This document shows positions 53,294-64,000 of a DNA stretch of 64,000 bases, piece after piece (the stretch's first letter is position 1; the number at the start of each line of letters is the position of its first letter). Both the position numbers and the translations under genes were made by a program. The DNA is from Haplodiscus bocki (Eukaryota): positions 110,732,001-110,796,000 of the forward strand of contig OZ296651.1 of the NCBI GenBank assembly GCA_965655095.1, given 5' to 3'. The notes beneath the pieces were generated by a model that was not told the origin of the DNA, made no database searches, and saw nothing but the letters and a program-made list of their open reading frames with translations.

Positions 53294-54018
53294 CTAGAAG
53301 CGGTTGATAATTTTTCGTCTGATCAAACTTTGTAAATTGAATTTTCCACGTGTGTCTAGATGCACTTTATCAAATTTGAAGATGTTCTTATGCGCCAATT
53401 TTGACGCAACTCCATGGTATATGTATCCACCATTGGCAGCTCCTCGTTAGAAGAAGAGATTGAGTTCTTTTATCAAGTTGGACACCTCATTGTCCAGCCT
53501 CAAACATACAGCCAGAACGTGAATCCTGTTAACTTTTGACTGCAGCATTACGACAAGTTCCATAACTTGTTGATGAACCTGAACAATCAAACAAAAAATT
53601 GTTGGAACTTTTCTGAAAATTATCATGCCAAAACCCATTTACTCCATCTTTTTTCTGATACTACTGAAAACAAAGCCTGCCTATCATGGGTTGAGACACG
53701 AGGTCCCACCTAAGACGCCATTAAATGAAATAAATCCACGTTTTGACGAATTTTTGATTGAAGTCAAGATTACACAATTTAAATTTTTATATTAACCATA
53801 GCTGGGGGAACAGCTGGAGCTCCATTCCATTGTTTCAAACTGTTGCCGCCCAAGAACAGAATAACTTGCTCATAATCACCATACCTCATACTAGTAATGC
53901 ATTCAATAATTCGCCGATCATTCGGCCTAGCACCGGAATACGCTAAGACTTGTGTATTAGGTAGAGTTAAGTTCAAACCCATGGAATCGCTTATCGAAGC
54001 AAACTTCGATATAGACAT
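53294..54018 (-). pseudogene. SGNH hydrolase copy 3, premature TAA at 53447-53449; exons 54018-53797 and 53578-53294
   Basis: Same exon sizes and splice sites as the other copies; the nonsense codon lies before the DKVH block. Confidence 0.75.
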
Positions 54019-55721
54019 TTTCTGACTCTGGAAAAAGATTTGTTGACCTTTTTGTAAAATGCAGTTAACCGAATTGTATGGTTAACAGTTCAAAAGTTTT
54101 ACTAGGCAATAATGGATACTGTGAACCCTAAAACATCAACAACGAAATGTGTTTAAAGGACCACTAAAAAAACGAAACCGACAAAATTACTTATAAATTA
54201 CCTTTGAAAGTTCCGTTTCAGATAACTTTCCTCTTTGGAATTGCACGGAACCTAGAAGCAGGTCACCAATTCATACAAAAGACGTGAATTTTGTACTCCA
54301 GATGAAACGAATAAACCACAATATTTTAAACATGAACCATTGGTTTGAACCACTAAAGTCTTCAGGAAATTCTCTGATATAAAAGCAAAAAAGTGGTCGT
54401 TAGTCACCGGGGCATCGAGGTAGTTGGATTGCGAATGCTTAAACTGAAAGAATGTTACTTGATTTAACGTAAAAATTGTTTAGAAAAAGTTTTGCCACAA
54501 AAACCTCACTTTTAAAGTTTTCGGCATTGTGAGACACATACATTCAATATGGGGTCAAGTCAATGTCGGAAGTTTCAATTTTCATCAAAATGTTTGAAAA
54601 CTGCACCCATTCAGGTAAAATTTCGAAAGAAAAAAAATTGGATGACATTGGTCATTTTCGGCACTGTGAGACTACCCCGGGGGTAACGTAGGAGGTAGCA
54701 GGGGTTGTTTTTGGAGTTAACAGGAGCTAATGGATAAAGTTGGATTATTGGTCTGGACTCGTAGGAGCCTTCCTTCAGGTCGAAAACGGCTGTTTTGTAG
54801 CGGTGATGCGTATCACCAACACAAAATATCACTTTCGGCACTGTGAGACTGCCCCGGGGGGTGCAAAACCTGCATCGCCGAACTTCACTCAGTGAGTACT
54901 TACTACAAGTATATAGGCTTGGAAGCCGTAATACCAATCCCTGAGGAGATATTAGAGCTTTTGTTCAAAGTGACTAAGTCAGTGACTAAGTCAAAAATAT
55001 TGAGTCTCACAGTGCCGAAAATCTCAACACAAATGACCGATAGAAAAAAATTTTAGCAGGAAAAAGTTCCTAACTTCCGAAAATATGGCCGCATGCAAAA
55101 AATCAGGCAAATCGTATGGTTCAGTTTCGAGATCGTAATTGGGAGCTCCTAATCTTATAACTACGCCCAGAAAGCTTTACTGATAGAGGCGGGAACGGGA
55201 ACCCTACCCTTCCCGCCGAAAAGGACGGGCCACCACTACCCCGCGCACCTAGCGGTCGAAGCTATTTCAAATGACGAGGTGTGCTTTTTTCTAACTTTTA
55301 GTGTATGTCTGTTGTTCATCGCTTCGTTTTATTCCCTACCGATATTATTTTTTCACGACTATCATCAAAAACGCTAAACTCTTGTCTTATAGATGTAGGT
55401 TTGCTCCTTGACATTCAATTCAAAATACAGGAGCCTGCGAGTACCACTTTGGCAACTTCTGTTTATTCGAATGTTTGGATTTTTTGCCATGAAAAGCATT
55501 TTCATGGGTCACTTTCTGTTTTTTTTTGTATTTCCAAACACGATTAATTTAAAATGAAGAGTGCTAAAAATAGCTTGGGTTTAAGTACACTATATCAAAC
55601 ATTGATCTAATTGCCTATTGTGATTTTTGCAATAACTTTCGCTAAATGTATCGTAAAAAACTTTCAGCTCTCTTGGTATTTTAATATGAGAAACTTTCTT
55701 TCATGTTCAAATTTTTGGTTG

Positions 55722-55762
55722 TAGATAGAATAGGATAGAAAGATAGAATAGATAGATAGAAT
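55722..55762. repeat. Short imperfect (GATA/GAATA)n expansion private to B4
   Basis: tagatagaataggatagaaagatagaatagatagatagaata, versus a single tagatagaata-like unit in the other copies. Confidence 0.7.
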
Positions 55763-56277
55763 ATTGGAGCTGAAAGAATTTAATTTACTTCAGACAGCTG
55801 AAAAAAAGTGGCAATCAAAACACACCATTAATTCATGAATAACAAGACAACAAATACAAAGTTAGCTGTACTTAGCTCACAGAAGTTTTCAATAGAAACT
55901 TGGCTCTAAAACAAAAGGAACACTGTTACAAGAAGGTAAAACTGCTTTGAAACGTGTATAAGAAGCAAAAAGTTTGTTACTCATGTTCTTTTGATCTTTC
56001 ACGTTAACATTTTCGACAGGTTTTTCGGATTGAACTTCTCATTAGCGTGGGTTTTTTTTTAATTCTGAATAACATTCCAGGGATATCAGTACATGTCTCC
56101 TAATAACAATAAAAAGAGGGAGGACGACTAAGATACGAAAATTTGTCTTCTTGGGTCGAGCACGTTGCACTCACCTCAGACATTTCGTAAGACTAAACAT
56201 GATAAACTAATAGGTTTAATTTATACGATGCTCCATCATTCTGGCCCTGGCTCGTATTCATACATTCCCAACCTGCT

Positions 56278-57264
56278 TCAAGCATTGTCATCATGGCCAT
56301 ACATTAAAGCATTTTGAGCAGCCGAAAACGGTGTAACGGGCTCTATTGAGGAAATGTGGTATGCAAAAGTCCCACTCGCTACGCCTTCCTCATCCATTGC
56401 CGGTTTGAACCAGCCCGTTATACGAAATCCCTGATTAGCCACAACATTGTTGTCCAATTCTATCACTTCATCCTCCATGCCGAACGTGTCTAAATTGTCT
56501 GAAGACAACTGTTCGGTTCTTTTGTTGGTATGAACCAAATTCTTTGTGAGGGCCATGGATGTAAACCCCACTGCCTTTTCACCAGTTACGCGCTCACCCA
56601 ATTCGTTGCAAACAATCTTGAATGTCAGTGCCCAATGCTTTTTGCTCTCTGCTACAATGCAAGGACACGGGTTATTTCCCTGTGCGTCCCATAATTTTCC
56701 ACTACACACATTGTCTTTAGGCATGGCTTGAAGTAGGCGGAAATTTGAAGGAATGAAATCGAAGAACACGTAATTTGGGATATTGATATCAGTAGGGGGA
56801 GGTTTGTGTACATTTCCCCTTCCAGTAGGAACAACAGGATCACCAAATTGAATCAACGGATTTTGTGTTGTTTTCAGATACCCAATTACCTTAGGGCTTA
56901 GTACCCAAACGGGGCAACCCGGCGCAAGATGCTGACTATAGCAGAGTATTCTTCTTGACTCCATTGATGTTTGAGTGAAAGTTAGCAAGACATGATTTGT
57001 CCCTTCCACACCTAGTACGATAAACCGATCATAGTTGTTAACTTCCTGGTATCTGGATTTGAAAGTGTTCTTTGCAGGTTTATAGTAATTGATTTTTTTC
57101 AAACCTGGTGTTGCATAAAGGAAAACACACTTGAGCTTATAACGTGAAGGCAATTCATGTTCATCACTTATGATTTGATTATACTGTTTTGTTTCGAACT
57201 TTTCATTGACACTCACTTGAACCTCATTAAGGGGCTTTTCGAGCTTTATGTAACCTGAAGGCAT
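56278..57264 (-). CDS. 328-aa orphan protein, copy 4
   Basis: Open ORF with many synonymous changes; the second Cys of the motif is changed to Trp (CSGKLWDAQ). Confidence 0.85.
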   Translation of the reverse strand: MPSGYIKLEKPLNEVQVSVNEKFETKQYNQIISDEHELPSRYKLKCVFLYATPGLKKINYYKPAKNTFKSRYQEVNNYDRFIVLGVEGTNHVLLTFTQTSMESRRILCYSQHLAPGCPVWVLSPKVIGYLKTTQNPLIQFGDPVVPTGRGNVHKPPPTDINIPNYVFFDFIPSNFRLLQAMPKDNVCSGKLWDAQGNNPCPCIVAESKKHWALTFKIVCNELGERVTGEKAVGFTSMALTKNLVHTNKRTEQLSSDNLDTFGMEDEVIELDNNVVANQGFRITGWFKPAMDEEGVASGTFAYHISSIEPVTPFSAAQNALMYGHDDNA

Positions 57265-57644
57265 TGTGCACTGAAAAAAAAGACGGAACTCTTTTTAAAG
57301 CTGGTATTACTTCGAAAATTGATAGGCTGGATGTATTATTAAAAGGCAAAGCTAAAACAATTCTCATCAATACTTATGGCGATTTTGAAAATAAAGCTCT
57401 GAAGAAAACTCTAGACCACATCGAAAAATACTTGACCCGTTCGAAAATATTCAGAACTATATCGCACAATGGTTACTTCTCAGGTGTAGACATAACTTTT
57501 GAACAAAATACGAAAACAGACGTATCAATTTCAAAATATTTGCAGACAAGGTGAAAATGAAGAACGCTCGCATCGGGCACGTAAAACGTCCCCGCTGACT
57601 CGCTAGAAAAAATAACAAAGTAAAATTTAATTATAAAGCATTGA

Positions 57645-60600
57645 TCATGAAATAACAGTTCCGCAACAGCAAAAGACTAAATTACCAAAATGATTGGAAT
57701 TGCATAAAGTTCGAAATTCATCAACAAGTGCGTCAATTCTTAAATCAAACAACAAAAGTTGGTGCAAAGAGGTCTCCATAAGCAACCTATCACTGTCTTT
57801 TTGGAAATTATAACAGAATGCGGCCAATGACCATGGTCTGCGATGAAGTGGTAAAGTAAAATTGCCTCCATAACCACTGTTATGTTCATGGAGACGTGTG
57901 AGAACACTTCTTCTGGTTTGACCAACATAGGTAGTTTTCAAGGTTTTGTCTTTCAAGCTCACAAGAACATATACGAAACCAAGAATTACGTCTGGAATTT
58001 CAACACGAATTGGGCGGAATTGAAATTCTGGTAAATTCAGAGCTGTAGGAGCTATGCTCATTGTTTGAAGATTCATCAATCTTTTGGTTACTTCAATTTC
58101 ATGAGGGGTTGTTTTCGACAAAATAGCTCTGATCGCTCGACAAGTGTCATCACTGCAATTAGAAAAAGGCTTTTCCTTAGTTCTTCAATTGTTGCAAGAA
58201 TGAAAGTCTGGATGAACAAATGAATTTGACCTATTTACATCTCATCTACAACTGGAGCCCCTAAGGAAAAGCCTTACATTTCGCCAACAGAGATTATGTT
58301 TTTCAATTCTCTGACACGACTGACAATAACATAAAGCTGGGAAGCCATCCAAAGTGCATATTTCCGTTCCTGAATGGAAACTTGAGTTGCTAACTTTGGA
58401 AAACTATCTCCCATTAACTTATGGCATGTGAGAGCTACGTAATTTGTTAGAGGAAATTGGATTCTCCGAACAGATGATGCTTTCATTTTGTAAATAAAAC
58501 CATTACTTTTGTATACTCTTGTTGTCGGCCAATTCAAAAACAACTGCCGGCTAAACAAATTTGGGGTAGCTATGGAATCAATTTCAGGTGACACGTAAAC
58601 CAGAATAGATGTGTCACTGGGCGACGGTAATTGTGCCACAATACATATTTGTCCCTGTGTCAGAGGTCCAGTGTTTATTGTCAATCTGACAACAGAATGC
58701 TTTTTCAAAACTAATTTCGCAGGTTCCCTACATTCACGGTCTAAATAATTGACTGCTTGATGCGTTGCCGGAACCCAGTAGTTGCTTGTATTTGTGCACA
58801 TTTCATCTTGAGATAAAAACTCAACAAAAGGTTCGTTGGAGGCTGTCACCGAATTTTGATAGGCTGCAATGGCTTCTCTTTCTGCTTCTTTTTTACCGAA
58901 AACTTTCATCACGGATGTATCGGACAATGAATCCCATGATGGGATGAAAGAACAGTTTGTACGTATTATTTCGCAGATGGTGTCTATATCCCGCGTGGGT
59001 ATTGGCTTTTGCGACATTAAATCCAGAAGCTGCTGCCCCACTGAGTCTAACATTCTAACTAAACTGGTCAAAAAATGAGTTTGGAAGCAAAATAAAATCA
59101 TGGGTGACAGAAAAACATCTGAACCGTCAATAGCTGGTAGTTGATTGGTGTCTCCGTTACCTACGACCAATACACCGCCGAACATGCATGTATTTTCCCG
59201 AACATTCTGCAAAATGAGGTTAATTGTGGATAACAGTTCACCATTGAGAAGTCCAATTTCTTCAATTACCAGAATGTCCAAAGATAGGAGTAAAGCTTTC
59301 TGCTCCGGATGGTTATGTAACTTCGTCATTGCTCTTTCCATTGCTGTGTTGGGATCTAACTTTTTGTTGACCCCGATGCAGAACAGGCGGTGTATATGTA
59401 AACAATTGAAATGAGACGCTCGACGAGCGGCTAAACTGGTAACATAACATTGAAGTCCATTCGTCATGGCATAGAGCAAACAGATGCTTGTTAGGTGGCT
59501 TTTTCCAGATCCTGGTCTACCAAGGACAAGTTGGTTTCTAATTGACTCATGTGATTGCAGAACTTGATCAACAGCTGCAAAAAGTTTTGTTAGAACAACC
59601 TGCTGTTGACGGTGTGATGCTTGTGATTGATGACTTGGTTTAATAACTGCTGGGACCCAATGTGCTGTTGGGTTTTGACTTTTTGTATTCGGAAGGTTGG
59701 GGACATTTTGTGGTCGTAAACGTTGAAAAAGACGTTCTTGCGTTTCCTGCAGAAAAGCCATTAAAGTTCTTTCTGTCTGCTCTGTCAAGTGGCTCATTAG
59801 TACTGGCGGGAAACAGTTGCTAGCAATGCTGTCGTTCAAAACTAGATCTTGAATTGCTTCGGCTGCAAAAACCAAACGCGAAGAGAAGGAAACGTTGCCT
59901 CCTGGAATGTAAATTAACTGTTCTAAAATGTAACGTTTAAGGAGATGATGGCTATCAGTTATATCATATTGTGCTTTTTGTGGAATAATTCCAGCAGTCA
60001 CGAAACAATTCCTCAGGCTACTAGAACAAAACAAATCGAGTTCCGTCTCGAAAGAACCCATTGTGTATAGCAGATGAAGCAGGAACTTGAAATGGTTTTT
60101 CGGATAAACTTTGGAAAAGACAATTTCTGCCGGACCCGCTGACAACATCGTACTGTCTGCCACGTATATTTCTCGGAAGTTTGTTCTGTTCAAATTTCTC
60201 AACACGTTTGCAAACTCAGTGACACGTGGATCATTAAAACCTGTGTACTGTGTGAACCATACTTGTAATTCACGCAAGGCTGAAGATCTCAATTTAATTT
60301 TCGAATTAGTTCCATCTAACCATGGTCTTGGAACGAGTGATAAAGTTGGAATAATTTTGTTGGAGTGAATGCGTGTTTTGTCTCTCACGAAAAAAGCGAA
60401 GTAATCTTTCAACTTACGAACAAATAGTAATTCGGGTGGACGGATTGAGAAAAGAGTGACTTTATCGATTGAGAAATTGGACTGGGAAGCGTCTTCTATC
60501 TGCGTTTTTTGACGATTTGTGAAGCAGTTATGCTGCGGGAACAACAAAAACTCACGTTCACTCAGGGAATTTCCGTCACTGCCACAGGGCAGAACATACG

Positions 60601-63600
60601 AACGAGGTTTCCTGTAGAATTTTCCTCCACGGTTCTCCAAAGATATTGAAGGAACATGAATGAATTCAATGTTTGTAATAACCACTGGTAGCTTGAGTAA
60701 CTACCAAAGGTATTCAGTTTGAGAAACATTTAAAGCTGAGATTGCTGACGTCTGTCTTTCCTGTTGTAGAGACTTATTGTTCTCGATTTGAGCTCCCGTG
60801 ACTTTCAAATTTTGCAGCTCTTTTTGCTGTATCCGAAAAGAATTGTCTGCTGTTCCTGCTTTCATTTGAGCACTACCATGTTCTTCTTTTCCGGCAGCAT
60901 AATTGTTTAAATACTTCGAAGCAAAATTTCTGGTGATAATTTGAACATTGCTGCTGGATTTGGTCAGAGCAAATAACTTGGGAGAAGTAGGCATAATTTG
61001 AAAACCTTTGTCAGCAGCGTAAGAGACTTTTTCACACTTCAATTGTTCTCCTACTTCGTAATTCCAGTCGTCAATGAAACGAATTAGGTTCAGCTGTGCC
61101 AAAATTCGGGCGGCCTCAGCTGAATAGGTTTGGGGTATTTCTTTCAGCCACAAAGAATTGGAAGGGGCATATGGTTGAAAGCGACAAATTTCTTTTCCAG
61201 TTGAATCTGTTTTCTTGGAACACCGGCCCGACGTGTTTTCGCAATTGTGACTTTGAATTTTGAAGCAAAGGTCGATGATGTCATTCAACTCTTCAAAGGT
61301 GTCGATCAAGTGCATCTGGGAATGGAAAAGTTTTTCAAACGCGTCAATGAAATGTTTTCGTGTAGATTCCATTAGTGATTCAATTTCATGTCTTTCATTT
61401 TTCAACCATAGTAAAAAGTGGTAATGAGGAAAATTAGCCGCCAACGACTGAAACTCGGCGCGTCCCCAAAGTTTTACGATATTACCCAGAAGTTTCTCGT
61501 CTGAATTAAGCAGATAATCAACCAGCTCATTAACGGTATTGTTCCACATTTGCAACAACATTGGCATGTACAACTGGAACGCAGCTTTGTAAAGTTCGGA
61601 GCTTTTGTCTGGGAACATTTCCTCGATGGCGTTGAACATCGGTGCAATTCCAAAATGTTTCTTTTGGTTGACCGTAATTGTGAGAAAAATCGCAGGTGTT
61701 TCGGTTTTGATTGCTTCAGCAAGTTCGACGACGTTTTTCTCAGAATCCAGCAGGGAGAAACTGACTGACTGAGGAAGAGAGTGCAATTGTTTGCCTTTAA
61801 TTTCAATGTTATGCACACCTCGCTTGAAAAAATCTGAAGTGAAACTACTTTGTAAACTAACATTGAGCAGCACGTCAGTGAGATAAAACAAATACTTGCT
61901 GTTACAAGAGACCGGTAGCTCAATATTATTCACACGGGCGAGAACGTGTTGGTGGAAGCTGGCGAATCCGTAATGATTATTACTTTGTTCGTCGTCGTAC
62001 AAAAAGTACGGCAAAGCTCCAGTAAAAGCGCCATGCGATTCCTGATTGAAAAACACACTGGGACAAAATAGCGATTCAGTTTGAATTAAAGAAAGAACGT
62101 CACCCGGATTGGCGGCCGCAAAGTTCTGAAAAAACCGTAAGTATTTTTTTTGACATGACTATAGGGCTTTCGAATCGCCTACACACATTGAGAGCTCCAT
62201 TAAGGAGCAAGTGAAATGGGGCCATATTGTTCTCAGTTTCGAGCTCTGGCAAAATGTTTGTGGCTTCCGTTTCCCCGCACTGAGTATTCACGGCACCTGT
62301 CTCTTCGATGCCGACAAAATTGACTAGAGACAGAGAATCATTCGAAACGCTTACATTTGAAGGCGAGGAAGTATTGTCTAATGATGAGGTCGCTAAATTA
62401 TTTGATTCCATTTCTGAGTCAACCGAATGACTTGAAGGTGAGGGCGAACTGGCTGCGACAACAAAAGAATCGAATCGTTCAGAATACTCTCGAAAATGAT
62501 TAGAGCAAATTGATACTCCACAAAATTCAACACGACAACGCCATGCAGATGTCCGTGAACAGTCAGCAACTGAACACCTGAAAACTGACGATTGTATGTC
62601 GACAGACAAATACATTTTGTGTGTGGAACAAGTGCAAACATCTTGACCTCCAAAAAAGCCAAACTTCCGGTACGAGTAACAGAATTATAATTGTTTGACA
62701 CATATAACAGAATGTTCCATGATCTGTACAGACCTTCGAGCATTGTTGTTGAGTTGCATTTGGTAGAAGTAAAATCAGGCAAAGAAACTGACCACCAATC
62801 TGGTAAGTGAATACCGTAACGAAAAAAAAAGAAACTTTCTCCTTCACTAAAAAGCGAAACTAAATGAAATGTTGTTGAATGCACTGTAAGTGTAAAGGGA
62901 GGAGGATTCAACCTCGACGGGAGTTGGCTGCAAACGATTACAAAACATTGAAAATCAAAATCTTCCGCTATATCAAACAAACCTATCATTTGGTGTCCAA
63001 TAACTAACTGCCGAAAGGGAACGTAGAAAGAAGCACAAAGAGGCATTGTCTCGAAAGCTTGATGAATCGCAGAAGTTGCAGTTGACACGGAAAAATACAA
63101 TTGGAGGTGTTGTTGCAACAAGGATATAGCTCTACTAATCGTTTCTCCTTTTTTCTTTTTGTTATTACTCAATTGATGTAATTTAAAAATGTATTGAGAC
63201 CAGTTGCAAACATTTAGAAGGATGTGATCAAAAATTTCCAGATTTTGGTGCCAAAAAACAAGCAGACTTGCACCCTGCGAAACATTATACAGCAGTTTGG
63301 GACAGCCCTGGGTTTCAGCGCCATGTCTTCGGTCGTGATGAACGATGAGGAGACACGGTGGTACACAAATTTTGCCGGCAGTATGGCAATCCAAATAAAG
63401 CTTAACGCAACTCAACGAAAACATTGTCAGGTAAGCTCCTGAAGACAGATGCTTCTCAAAAGCAACGTCGTCAACGAACAACGGGAAGTTTGCAATGAAA
63501 GATCGCATGTTCTCGTCAATTTCATTCTGATTCGTGAGACGAGTCAGGAAATTTCTTATGTCTCTGCGGTGGTCATAAACTAGCGGTTCGGATTGAGGCA

Positions 63601-64000
63601 GCAGCTGATCACTTTTGACATTGTAATTTCGCTGGTTAGTTACAATCAACGTGCTGATTCCGTCATACCCTCCTTTACTCGTTGCCATAGAATACGTATG
63701 CGAGAAACTTCCCATTTTGAAAGGTGTAGCATTTCGCACTTTTGTCGCCATTGGAGCAAAGCGATCACTTTGCGGATGCAGTAGATTTCCGAGAGGAGAA
63801 GTAGGGACGTGAACATTTTTTTTTGTGAAATTTTTGTGAGCTTGGCATGTTTTGAGAAAAAGCCCATGGTCGGTTACTTCTAAACAAGGCGAACAGACAA
63901 AGGTATCAAAGTGTTGGCAAGCTCGTAAAAAGTCTTTGCGCATTCCTCGTAAACAATGTGCGTCAGCTTTGAAGGATCTGAAAGAGGGAAAAAAGTAATT
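57645..64000 (-). pseudogene. Rep-Pif1-GIY-YIG transposase, copy 4 (5' part outside the window; disrupted); intron 58153-58277
   Basis: 451-aa Rep fragment and 803-aa helicase fragment are in the same frame, separated by one TGG>TAG at 60701. Homopolymer frameshifts near 62145 and 62653. Confidence 0.9.

Larger units (their letters stand above)
42939..55273 (-). mobile_element. Type B unit 3, Helitron-like element, 12,335 bp
   Basis: Directly head-to-tail with B2 and B4. Confidence 0.9.
55274..64000 (-). mobile_element. Type B unit 4, Helitron-like element (runs off the window end)
   Basis: Colinear with B1-B3. Confidence 0.9.

Overview
The whole window is one head-to-tail, same-orientation tandem array from an intron-containing (eukaryotic) genome. 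It is built from two unit types that share a ~0.6-0.8 kb 'common region' rich in hairpins and a repeated 14-mer. Type B (~12.33 kb; B1 7744-20079, B2 30605-42938, B3 42939-55273, B4 55274->64000) is a Helitron-class rolling-circle element with three minus-strand genes: (i) a two-exon SGNH/GDSL-type esterase; (ii) a ~2,350-aa Cys-rich/HUH-Rep/Pif1-helicase protein, which a conserved 125-nt GT-AG intron joins in frame to a C-terminal GIY-YIG nuclease; (iii) an intact ~328-aa orphan with a C-x4-C-x7-C-x-C motif, possibly an RPA-like ssDNA-binding protein. Type A (~3.4-3.6 kb, five copies) has no convincing ORF and looks like a non-autonomous partner or satellite. The order is A-A-B-A-A-A-B-B-B. 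Every RepHel copy carries different disabling lesions, so the consensus is open. No host genes, rRNA, tRNA or CRISPR arrays were recognised. Domain calls come from motif reading by eye, not database searches. The true element termini cannot be fixed from this window; unit boundaries are set where A and B diverge.
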